Source: Phycisphaera mikurensis NBRC 102666
GTDB taxonomy: Bacteria; Planctomycetota; Phycisphaerae; Phycisphaerales; Phycisphaeraceae
DNA: 32,000 bases
Assembly (NCBI RefSeq): GCF_000284115.1
Contig: NC_017080.1
Location: 3,210,001 to 3,242,000, forward strand
Direction: 5' to 3'
The translations under genes and the position numbers were made by a program. The notes under the pieces were generated by a model. That model made no database searches and was not told the DNA's origin. It saw only the letters and a program-made list of their open reading frames with translations. The stretch's first letter is position 1. Each line of letters opens with the position of its first letter. Shown piece by piece: positions 18,483 through 26,050 of this stretch.

Positions 18483-21065
18483 TTAACCCGCGGCGGCGAG
18501 GGCCCGATTGCGGTAGAACGAGACCAGGTCGCGGGCCTCGGGGAGGCCATCGAGACCGTACCCGCCGCGATCACGATTGACCGCGGCGTCGACGATCTCA
18601 TCGACCGTCTGGTAACGGGAACCAAACTCGCCGTCGAGCGCGGTGGAGCCGGTGTTGAACCGATCGATCCCGACGCCGGAGTAGTTGTTGCCGGGAGTGA
18701 AGGGTTGGTAGTCAACCCAGTTGAGCTCGTAGTTGCCCGAAGCTCGAACCGGCTGTGGTCGCGCAGGATCGGGGTTGTGGTGGATCGGACCACGCTGCTC
18801 GTGATTCGCCTGCGCGTCCGCGAACACGTTGTTGCGGACAGCGACCGGGCCGAGGCGGCGGCTGTCGATCCTGGCGTCGTGGTCGATCTGGATCTGGTAG
18901 CCGCCGCGATCTTTCCAGCGCTGGTAGCCGGTCTTGGTCTCGCCATCCCTCGGCCAGATGGTGTCGCCGGAAGCAAAGGCGGAGCTGGAAACCTCACCCG
19001 CGGGCAGGCTGATGCCAAAGGGGCTGTTGTAGAAGAAGCTGTCTCTCACGATACCGCCCTGCCGGAGCTGAGCCGCATTGGCACCGTTGTCCGAGAAGAT
19101 CGTGTTGATGATCTGAGTGTCCCGCGGGTCGAAGCTCTTCGCGTCGCCGGTGTTGAGGTACAGGCCGTGGCTGTAGGCGCTCGCGTGCGTGTTCAGGAAC
19201 GCATCGTCCCGCCACCCGTTGTGGTAGAAGACGCTGTCCTGCACCTTGATCGAGTTGTAGTTGCGGGCGTAGATGCCGTTGGCCGGCCCGCCGGTCCTGC
19301 CTGGCTCAAAATAGAGGTCGCGGTCGGGAGCGTTTGAATGCTCAATGATCGAGCGGTCGATCACGATGTCGGCGCCCTGCGACTGCGGGCCGCCGAAGCC
19401 GGACACGTCGATGTTGTTGCGGGCTCCGGAGAGCTTGCTGTCGAACAAAGTGAGCTCGCCCCCGCCCCGCCAGACGATGAAGTCCACGAAATCGTCTGGC
19501 TGCCGCTCGGGCATCGTCATGCTGATGCCGTCGAGCGTGAGCTTGCCCTCGCTTGTGCTGGGCATGAAGATGATGTTGCTCCACTTCCCGTAGGCGTCCG
19601 GGCCGACCTCCAGCGTGGCGAACCCACCCGAGCCGTCGTTGTCTGCGCTCGCCGCAGAGACGAGGCGGAGATCCGCACCCGACATCGAAAGGTTGCCGAC
19701 CGTCTTGAGACCGGGGCCCCGCTGCGGGCTGAAGTCGTAAGTCTCGCCCGGATCGAGGCGGACCTCAATGGAGGTGTAGCCGCGATCCATCGCCAAGCGG
19801 ATCACCGGGATGATGTTGGTGTTAGACCGCAGGTCGTAGCCGTCGAGCTTGGTGCCGTCAAGCAGGTAGATGCCGGTGCCGGCGGTGACCTCGCCGGCCG
19901 GCGGGGCCGGGCGGGCCGGAGCGACGGGCCGGGCAGGCTGCGTCGGCAGCACCGGCCGCGGCAGACCGGGGGCGGGGGCGGGGGCGGCCGTGCCTGACAC
20001 GGGGAAGCGCCGGGTCGGTCCCTCAAGGCTCGCATCCACCAGGCGGACATCGCCATCGCCGTAGTGGCTGATGAAGCCGACGAACTCGCCCGAGCGGCGG
20101 CCCTCGGCGCTCAAGTCGACGCTTTCGAGCTGGAGATTTCCCGAGCCCGAAGCGTGCAGATAAAACGGATTGCTGAAACCACCTCGGGCGTTCCGCTGAA
20201 CGACGAGGTCGGCCCGGCCGCCCGAACCGTCAGCGTCGATCTCCTCGATCGCGGCGACCGTGAGATCCGCACCATCGAGGAACAGGTCGTTGATGAAAGG
20301 CAGGCCCGCCTGCTCCTGCGGGTTGAGGTAGTACGTTTCGCCCGGATCCAGCGCAACAAGGATGTTTCTGTGGCCGCCGTCGAGCGCATGCCGCACGGAG
20401 GGAAGGATGTTCTCCCCGGACTTCAGCTCGAAACGCTCGCCCGACAGGAGGGCCCCATTCTCGTAGATGCCGGCCGGGGCACCCGGCTTGAGATCAATGG
20501 GCGTGCGAATCGGCTCAAGCGGCTTCGCCGGCGAGGCAACCGCGGTCGAGATCCGGGCACTGGCGATGCTGGCGTCGTTCAGCGTGACCGAGCCGGGACC
20601 GTGATTCGCCACGAACCGGATGTACTCGCCGGGCTGGTGGTCCGAAGCCGAGAGATCGACCCCATCGAGCGTCAGCTCGCCGCCCCGCTTGGAATCGATG
20701 ATGATGGGGAAGGTGCGCCGACCCGACTCGGACCGCTCCACTTCCAAACTCGCCCGGCCGCCGGAGCCGTCCGCGTCCGCCGCGGGATCGGCGGTGAAGG
20801 TCAGCTTGTCGTCGCGGAGGTACAAGTCGTTGATGACAGTCGAAGGACCACCGTCGATCGGCTGGAGGCGGTAGGTCTCGCCGGGGTCGAGCACCACCTC
20901 GATGTCCACGCGGCCCTCGTCAAGAGCGTTGCGGACGGAGGGGAGCAGGTTGGCGTCCGCCCGGATCGCGTAGCGCTCGCCCACAAGCAGTTCACCGTTG
21001 CTGTAGATGCCGGGAACGGCTGAGAACAGCTCGCGGGTTTCGAGGGGTTCGAGTGGGTTGAACAT
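18483..21065 (-). CDS. Large surface protein with LEPR-XLL-like N-terminus, three ~151-aa repeated modules and C-terminal beta-helix
   Basis: 860 aa from the likely ATG at 21065: MFNPLEPLETRELFSAVPGIYSNGELL... ; three modules each containing LDPGETY and DxDGSGG; C-term NSIKVQDSVFYHNGWRD... The track ORF starts upstream at 21248. Confidence 0.8.
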   Translation of the reverse strand: MFNPLEPLETRELFSAVPGIYSNGELLVGERYAIRADANLLPSVRNALDEGRVDIEVVLDPGETYRLQPIDGGPSTVINDLYLRDDKLTFTADPAADADGSGGRASLEVERSESGRRTFPIIIDSKRGGELTLDGVDLSASDHQPGEYIRFVANHGPGSVTLNDASIASARISTAVASPAKPLEPIRTPIDLKPGAPAGIYENGALLSGERFELKSGENILPSVRHALDGGHRNILVALDPGETYYLNPQEQAGLPFINDLFLDGADLTVAAIEEIDADGSGGRADLVVQRNARGGFSNPFYLHASGSGNLQLESVDLSAEGRRSGEFVGFISHYGDGDVRLVDASLEGPTRRFPVSGTAAPAPAPGLPRPVLPTQPARPVAPARPAPPAGEVTAGTGIYLLDGTKLDGYDLRSNTNIIPVIRLAMDRGYTSIEVRLDPGETYDFSPQRGPGLKTVGNLSMSGADLRLVSAASADNDGSGGFATLEVGPDAYGKWSNIIFMPSTSEGKLTLDGISMTMPERQPDDFVDFIVWRGGGELTLFDSKLSGARNNIDVSGFGGPQSQGADIVIDRSIIEHSNAPDRDLYFEPGRTGGPANGIYARNYNSIKVQDSVFYHNGWRDDAFLNTHASAYSHGLYLNTGDAKSFDPRDTQIINTIFSDNGANAAQLRQGGIVRDSFFYNSPFGISLPAGEVSSSAFASGDTIWPRDGETKTGYQRWKDRGGYQIQIDHDARIDSRRLGPVAVRNNVFADAQANHEQRGPIHHNPDPARPQPVRASGNYELNWVDYQPFTPGNNYSGVGIDRFNTGSTALDGEFGSRYQTVDEIVDAAVNRDRGGYGLDGLPEARDLVSFYRNRALAAAG
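19425..21011 (-). repeat. Three diverged protein-level repeats of ~151 aa (approx. 20559-21011, 20020-20472, 19425-19875)
   Basis: GIY[SEL]xxG...LLPSVRxAL...IxVxLDPGETYxxxP...NDLxLxxxxLxxxxxxxxDxDGSGGxAxLxV...ExxDFVxF...ELTLxDxxLxG aligned across all three. Confidence 0.85.
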
Positions 21066-21517
21066 CAAATGGGGCTCGGTGGCGGCAGGAACGGCGGGTT
21101 CCGCTCTCAGGGCAGTTCCCGCACGCCGGATCGGCGACGGGGGGACAGGCACTCCAACTCTTCTTCCTTCCAATTCCAGCGTCGCGATCCTTGGCTCCAC
21201 CGGCCTCCGATCGCACCGCCGAAGGGACCGGTTTAGCAGCCATCGCACCCCCGGTCAACCGTGCGGACCCAGCTCGACGGACACCCCCGAGAATTCTCGA
21301 GCCCCCGCCTGGTCCTCGCAGAGCGCGTCCCGAGCCCGCCAGCGCCCTCACCCCGAGCTCGTTGTGACCCGATAGCTGCGTCGTGCAGCGTGTGCCGGGC
21401 ATCGGGCCTGGACGCGCTCCTGCAGGGCCACGCCACCTCGAAGCGGGACCGGTGCCGGCTGGATTAGCCTGCCGGCGGCGGCTCCTGCGAGAAGCCATCC
21501 CGCCTCCATTTTCTCCC

Positions 21518-22897
21518 ATGACGCAAGCCTCAGCCGAGCCCGCGACACCGGCGGCCGACGCTCCCACCGCCGTTGCAACCGGCGGGCTGCTCCTCGTCCT
21601 CCCCCAACTCTTCCACGAGCGGGACGGGGTGCTGCAGGTCGAGGCGCAAGCGGCCAACGGGCTGCGCCTCTACACCGAGCACTTCGATTGCATCACGCTT
21701 GCCGCCGGTCTGCTGCCCGAAGGCCTGCCGCTGCCGCCAAGCCTCCGGGGCGTGCCAGCGGACGCTCTGGCCGACACGCTCGGCCTCCGGCTCGTGCCGC
21801 TGCCGCGGTTCGGGGGGTACCGCCGCGGGATCCGCCGGCTGGGGCTCCGTGGCCTGCGGGCGCAGGTCCGCGGCGTACGCGAGCGGCTCGGCCCGCTGAT
21901 CGATGAACACCGCTTCCTCCAGTTCACACCCAGCCGTCATCTCGACGACTGGGGCAGCCTCGCCGCAGAGATCGCCATCGGGCGGGGCCGCCGGTACGCC
22001 GTCCACACCGATCGGGTGCAGGAGCAGATGGAGTTGGACAACGCCCGGGGGCGTGGACCGATTCCGCGGCTGCGGGCCCGCGTCTACCAACGCCTCCTGA
22101 CGAAGCGCCGGCACCGGGCGATCCGGGGGGCGGCTCTGGGGATGTTCCACGGGGCGGACTGCTTCAGCGCCTACGCGGACCTGGTACCCGAAGCCGCGCT
22201 GATCCACAACATTCACGTCGGCCGCGTGGACGCGATCGATGACGGAGCGTTCGCGAACAAGCTCGCCGCGGCGATGAACCTCGACCTGCCGCTGCGGGTC
22301 ATCTACGCGGGCCGCGTCGACGCCGACAAGGGCCCGCTGGACTTCGCCGAGGCCCTCGCCGCCGCCCTCGCCGCCGGTGGCAACGTGGAGGCCACCTGGC
22401 TCGGCGACGGCGCATCCATGGGAGCGTTGCGGCGGCGGGCGCAGGAACTCGGCCTCAACGATCGCCTGCGACTCCCGGGCTTCTGCGACGACAAGGCGGA
22501 GCTGCTCGCCGCCCTGCGCGACCACCACATCATGATGTTCTGCCACAAGGTGCCCGAGTCGCCGCGCTGCCTCATCGAGGCGCTCGTCTCGGGCACGGCC
22601 CTGCTCGGCTACGACTCCGCCTACTCGCGCGACCTCATCGGCGAGGGGAAGGATGGCCCACCCGCCGGCGTCCATGTTGCGCGCCACGACCACGCGGCGC
22701 TCGGTGCCGAGTTGGCCCGCCTCGCGGGCGACCGCCCCGCCGTGGTCCGACTCCTCCACGCGGCCCGCGAGGCTGGAAAGCACTTCAACGACGAGGACGT
22801 GTTCGCGCACCGGTGTGGCTTGCTCAAGCGGCACCTAGGCGCGGACCGCGGCCCCGCGGCCCCCGGATCGGCCACCGTCCGCGGCGAAGCCAGCTGA
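21518..22897 (+). CDS. GT4-like glycosyltransferase
   Basis: 459 aa from ATG 21518 (MTQASAEPATP...); LRVIYAGRVDADKGPLDFAEALAAAL, ATWLGDGASMGALRRRAQELGLNDRLRLPGF, CLIEALVSGTALLGYDSAYSRDLI. Confidence 0.85.
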   Translation: MTQASAEPATPAADAPTAVATGGLLLVLPQLFHERDGVLQVEAQAANGLRLYTEHFDCITLAAGLLPEGLPLPPSLRGVPADALADTLGLRLVPLPRFGGYRRGIRRLGLRGLRAQVRGVRERLGPLIDEHRFLQFTPSRHLDDWGSLAAEIAIGRGRRYAVHTDRVQEQMELDNARGRGPIPRLRARVYQRLLTKRRHRAIRGAALGMFHGADCFSAYADLVPEAALIHNIHVGRVDAIDDGAFANKLAAAMNLDLPLRVIYAGRVDADKGPLDFAEALAAALAAGGNVEATWLGDGASMGALRRRAQELGLNDRLRLPGFCDDKAELLAALRDHHIMMFCHKVPESPRCLIEALVSGTALLGYDSAYSRDLIGEGKDGPPAGVHVARHDHAALGAELARLAGDRPAVVRLLHAAREAGKHFNDEDVFAHRCGLLKRHLGADRGPAAPGSATVRGEAS

Positions 22898-22925
22898 GCA
22901 CGCCGCGACCTGACATCCTGCCGAC

Positions 22926-23360
22926 GTGAGCGACGCACCCGAACCCGACGGCGGGCCCGCCCGCTTCACCCTCCGCCACGCCAGCCGGCTGACGGGCAGG
23001 GACGCGTTCGGGCCGGTCTTCGCGGCCCGGCTCCGCCGCGACGCCGGGCCGCTCACGGTGCGGGTCGCGCCCAACGGGCTGGGCTTCCACCGGCTCGGGG
23101 TGTCGGTGCCCAAGAAGGCCGGCAACGCGGTGGCCCGCCACCGCTGGAAGCGCCTCGTCCGCGAGGCCTTCCGCCTGAACCGGCACGCCTGGCCCGGCGG
23201 CTACGACCTGGTGGTCGTCGTGCGGCCGTGCCGGCACCCCGAAAGCTTCACCAGCGCCCGCGTGGCCGCGCTGCTGAACGAGGCGATGCCGCGGCTGCAC
23301 GCCGCGGCGCAGCGGAACCCGCCCGGCGGCGCCGCGGACCGCGAGCCGAAAAGCCGCTGA
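22926..23360 (+). CDS. rnpA: Ribonuclease P protein component
   Basis: 144 aa; [62 protein letters not shown] are RnpA signatures. Confidence 0.93.
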   Translation: MSDAPEPDGGPARFTLRHASRLTGRDAFGPVFAARLRRDAGPLTVRVAPNGLGFHRLGVSVPKKAGNAVARHRWKRLVREAFRLNRHAWPGGYDLVVVVRPCRHPESFTSARVAALLNEAMPRLHAAAQRNPPGGAADREPKSR

Positions 23361-23445
23361 ACCGCGACGGTCCGCGGCGCCGGGCGTCGCGCTCCCCCCG
23401 GCGGCACGCCCCGCCGCCGGCCTCTCCACCCGTACGCTGGCCGCG

Positions 23446-25320
23446 ATGGATCTCCGCAGCATCCTCGCCCGGCTGCACGACTTCATCGGCGCCGAGGGCC
23501 CCAACTCCTCGTGGTGGCGGCGGGGCCTGTGGTACCTCGTCGAGCTCGGGCCGCTCACGTACCAGAAGATGCAGGAGGACAAAGCCCCGCAGATGGCGGC
23601 GGCCCTGACCTACCACACGCTCTTCTCGCTGCTGCCCACGCTCGTGCTCACGCTGGTCGTCGCGAAGTCCTTCGTCTCGGAGGCGCAGCTGCAGGACCTC
23701 AAGGAGGACACCGTCGGCTGGACGCTGCAGTGGCTGCACACGCCCGCGGGGGCGCCGGCCCCCCAGCCGCCCGAGGCCGTGGACGACCTGACCGAGGCGG
23801 GCTCCGCCGTGGCCGAGGCGCTCGGCGGCGCCGAGCCGGTGGAAGCGGTGGAGGCGGCCGTGGAGGCCCCCGCCCCCTCGCCCTTCGGCGGCTTCCTGGC
23901 GGCCGCCCGCGAGGCCGCCGAGCGGGCGCAGGCAGAGGCCCGCGAGCAGGTGGCCGAGGCGACCGGCGAGCGGCTGAAGCAGGAGTTCAACGAGACGGCG
24001 GCGAAGCTCGACCAGAGCCTCCAGGAGCTGCTCGACCGGCTGCAGAACATCAGCTTCGCCTCGATCGGGATCGTCGGCGTGCTGCTGTTCCTCTGGGGGG
24101 CCACGACGCTGCTGTCGACGATCGAGGACAGCTTCAACTTCATCCTGCGCAACCCCTCGGGCCGGTCCTGGCACATGCGCTTCGTCATCTACTTCACGAC
24201 GCTGGTGCTCGCCCCGCTGGTGCTCGTCGCGGGGCAGGTCGGCCAGGCGAAGCTCTTCTCCATCCTCGAGACCGGCAGCTTCACGACGTGGATCGTGCCC
24301 CTGGCGGCCGCGGCGACGCCGCTGGTCGCCGCGTGGGGCGTTCTGTTCGCGCTCTACAAGCTGCTGCCCAACGCCTCGATGCGGCTGGTGCCGGCCCTGA
24401 TCGGATCCTTCGTCGCCGCCTTCGCCTTGGGCGTCACGACCTGGGGCTTCGGCCTGTACGTGAGCAACGCGGCCACCACCTCGCTCTACGGGGCGATGGC
24501 CCTCCTGCCGATGTTCCTGCTGCTGCTGTGGATCGTGTGGCAGATCGTGCTCTTCGGGCTGGAGCTCGGCGCGGTGATCGAGCGGCTGCCGGCGCACCGC
24601 GAGGCGACGGCCTGGGGCCGGGCCGACCCGCTGCAGACCCGGGCCACGATGCCCGACCCGCGGATGCTCATCCCGGTCGCCGCCGAGCTGGCCAGCCGCT
24701 TCGGCGAGGGCAAGCCCGCCACGCCCAGGGAGCTGGCGCAGCGCGTCGGCCTCGCCGCCGACACGCTGCAGCTGCTGCTCGAGCGGCTCGTCGCCCGGGG
24801 CGACGCGCACCGGCTGCCCGGCGAGGAGGCGGCGTACACGCTCGCCCGCCCCGCCTCGGCCATCGGCCTGCCGGCGCTGCTCGACGAGACCTTCCTCCTC
24901 GGGCGGACGGGCGCCGAGGGCCGCACCGAGGCCCTGCTCGCCGAGCTCGACGCGGCGGAGCGGCGAGCGGTGGAGGGCCGGTCGCTCGCGGACCTGCTGC
25001 CGGCGGAGGCGGGCGCGGCGGGCTCCCGGGCCGCGGCCCGGCCGGAGCCTCCGCCCCAACGCCAGGCGCCGGCCCAGCCCCCGCCCGCGGCTCCGGCCCC
25101 GGCCAAGCCGGCGCGGCGTCGGTTCCGCCTGCCTTTTGGACGCCGCCGAGCCGCCGCGCCGCCCGCGGGGACGGAGGCGGCGGCGGCAGCAGACGCGGCC
25201 GAGCCGGCCGCCGCGTACGACACCGCCGGCGACCCGTGGGGCGACGCCGCGGCGAAGGGTGAACGACGGGACTCGAACCCGCGACCCTCGGGATCACAAC
25301 CCGATGCTCTAACCAACTGA
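23446..25320 (+). CDS. YihY/BrkB family protein with large loop insert and C-terminal winged-helix-like region
   Basis: 624 aa; KAPQMAAALTYHTLFSLLPTLVLTLVVAK, a ~110-aa Ala/Glu-rich insert, TTSLYGAMALLPMFLLLLWIVWQIVLFGLELG, then PRELAQRVGLAADTLQLLLERLVARGDAH. The last ~20 aa are translated antisense to a tRNA gene. Confidence 0.85.
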   Translation: MDLRSILARLHDFIGAEGPNSSWWRRGLWYLVELGPLTYQKMQEDKAPQMAAALTYHTLFSLLPTLVLTLVVAKSFVSEAQLQDLKEDTVGWTLQWLHTPAGAPAPQPPEAVDDLTEAGSAVAEALGGAEPVEAVEAAVEAPAPSPFGGFLAAAREAAERAQAEAREQVAEATGERLKQEFNETAAKLDQSLQELLDRLQNISFASIGIVGVLLFLWGATTLLSTIEDSFNFILRNPSGRSWHMRFVIYFTTLVLAPLVLVAGQVGQAKLFSILETGSFTTWIVPLAAAATPLVAAWGVLFALYKLLPNASMRLVPALIGSFVAAFALGVTTWGFGLYVSNAATTSLYGAMALLPMFLLLLWIVWQIVLFGLELGAVIERLPAHREATAWGRADPLQTRATMPDPRMLIPVAAELASRFGEGKPATPRELAQRVGLAADTLQLLLERLVARGDAHRLPGEEAAYTLARPASAIGLPALLDETFLLGRTGAEGRTEALLAELDAAERRAVEGRSLADLLPAEAGAAGSRAAARPEPPPQRQAPAQPPPAAPAPAKPARRRFRLPFGRRRAAAPPAGTEAAAAADAAEPAAAYDTAGDPWGDAAAKGERRDSNPRPSGSQPDALTN

Positions 25321-25332
25321 GCTACGCTCACC
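25258..25332 (-). tRNA. tRNA-His (anticodon GTG)
   Basis: Minus strand GGTGAGCGTAGCTCAGTTGGTTAGAGCATCGGGTTGTGATCCCGAGGGTCGCGGGTTCGAGTCCCGTCGTTCACC folds as a cloverleaf: acceptor GTGAGCG/CGTTCAC, anticodon stem TCGGG/CCCGA around TTGTGAT, T-arm GCGGG/CCCGT, and the His-specific extra G-1 opposite C73. 3' CCA not encoded. Confidence 0.97.
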
Positions 25333-25382
25333 AGCGTGTTCCGCGGGCGTGCCGGCGTCGGCCGGCCGCTCCGCGGCGGGTC

Positions 25383-25412
25383 AACGTAGGCCCGATCCGC
25401 CCGGTCTGTCAA
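25383..25412 (-). promoter_or_regulatory. Sigma-70-like promoter for tRNA-His
   Basis: Minus strand TTGACA (25407-25412), 18-nt spacer, TACGTT (25383-25388), about 50 nt upstream of the tRNA 5' end. Confidence 0.6.
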
Positions 25413-25418
25413 CCGCCC

Positions 25419-25955
25419 GTGACGCCCGATCCCGCCCGACCTCACGCCGCTCCACACCGCCGGCGCCGCGCCAACCGGGCGGCCATCGGCGGCGCTTCGG
25501 CGGCCGTCGCCGGGCTCGCGGCGCTTCTGCTCTGGCCCGGGTGCGTCGCGGGACCGTCCCCCTTCGGCGGGCCGCCGGTGACCACCGCCGACGGCCAGCC
25601 GCTGCTCCGCTCCGCCGCCGGCCGGGCGCTCGTGGCCGACGACGCCTCGCCGCTGCCCGACGTGCCGGTGCCGCTGCGCTTCGTGCTGATGCCGGAGCGG
25701 TCCAGCGCCTCCCCCTCCCCCGGTGCGGGGCTGGCCCGGCGGGTGACCCACGTCTACCAGGGGCGTGCCGGCTACGACCAGCTGTCCACCTTCTTCACCG
25801 AGCACCTCGCCCGCCGCGGCTGGCGGCCCGACCCCGCCGGCCCCGCATCGGGGCCCATCCGCACCTACCGCAAGGGCCCCGAGCAGCTCCACCTCTCGCT
25901 GTCCGAGGCCGGCGGCGTGGCGACCGTGTCGGTGCTGATCGGGCCCGCGGCCTAG
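25419..25955 (+). CDS. Hypothetical exported/lipoprotein-like protein
   Basis: 178 aa; Arg-rich N-terminus, hydrophobic stretch AAIGGASAAVAGLAALLLWPGC, then a globular region ending in VATVSVLIGPAA. Confidence 0.55.
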   Translation: MTPDPARPHAAPHRRRRANRAAIGGASAAVAGLAALLLWPGCVAGPSPFGGPPVTTADGQPLLRSAAGRALVADDASPLPDVPVPLRFVLMPERSSASPSPGAGLARRVTHVYQGRAGYDQLSTFFTEHLARRGWRPDPAGPASGPIRTYRKGPEQLHLSLSEAGGVATVSVLIGPAA

Positions 25956-26050
25956 CCCGGGGGCGGGGCGCCGACGCCGTGCGCGGCGTTCCCGCGCCCG
26001 CCCGAAGAGCATCCGGCGGGCCGCGGGCGGGCCCCGATACCCTCTGCCCG

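Noticed and set aside
15951-19337. 1128-aa + strand ORF
   Set aside because: It spans three well-supported minus-strand genes, is full of low-complexity Pro/Ala/Gly/Arg runs and matches no family; it is a typical antisense open frame of high-GC DNA.
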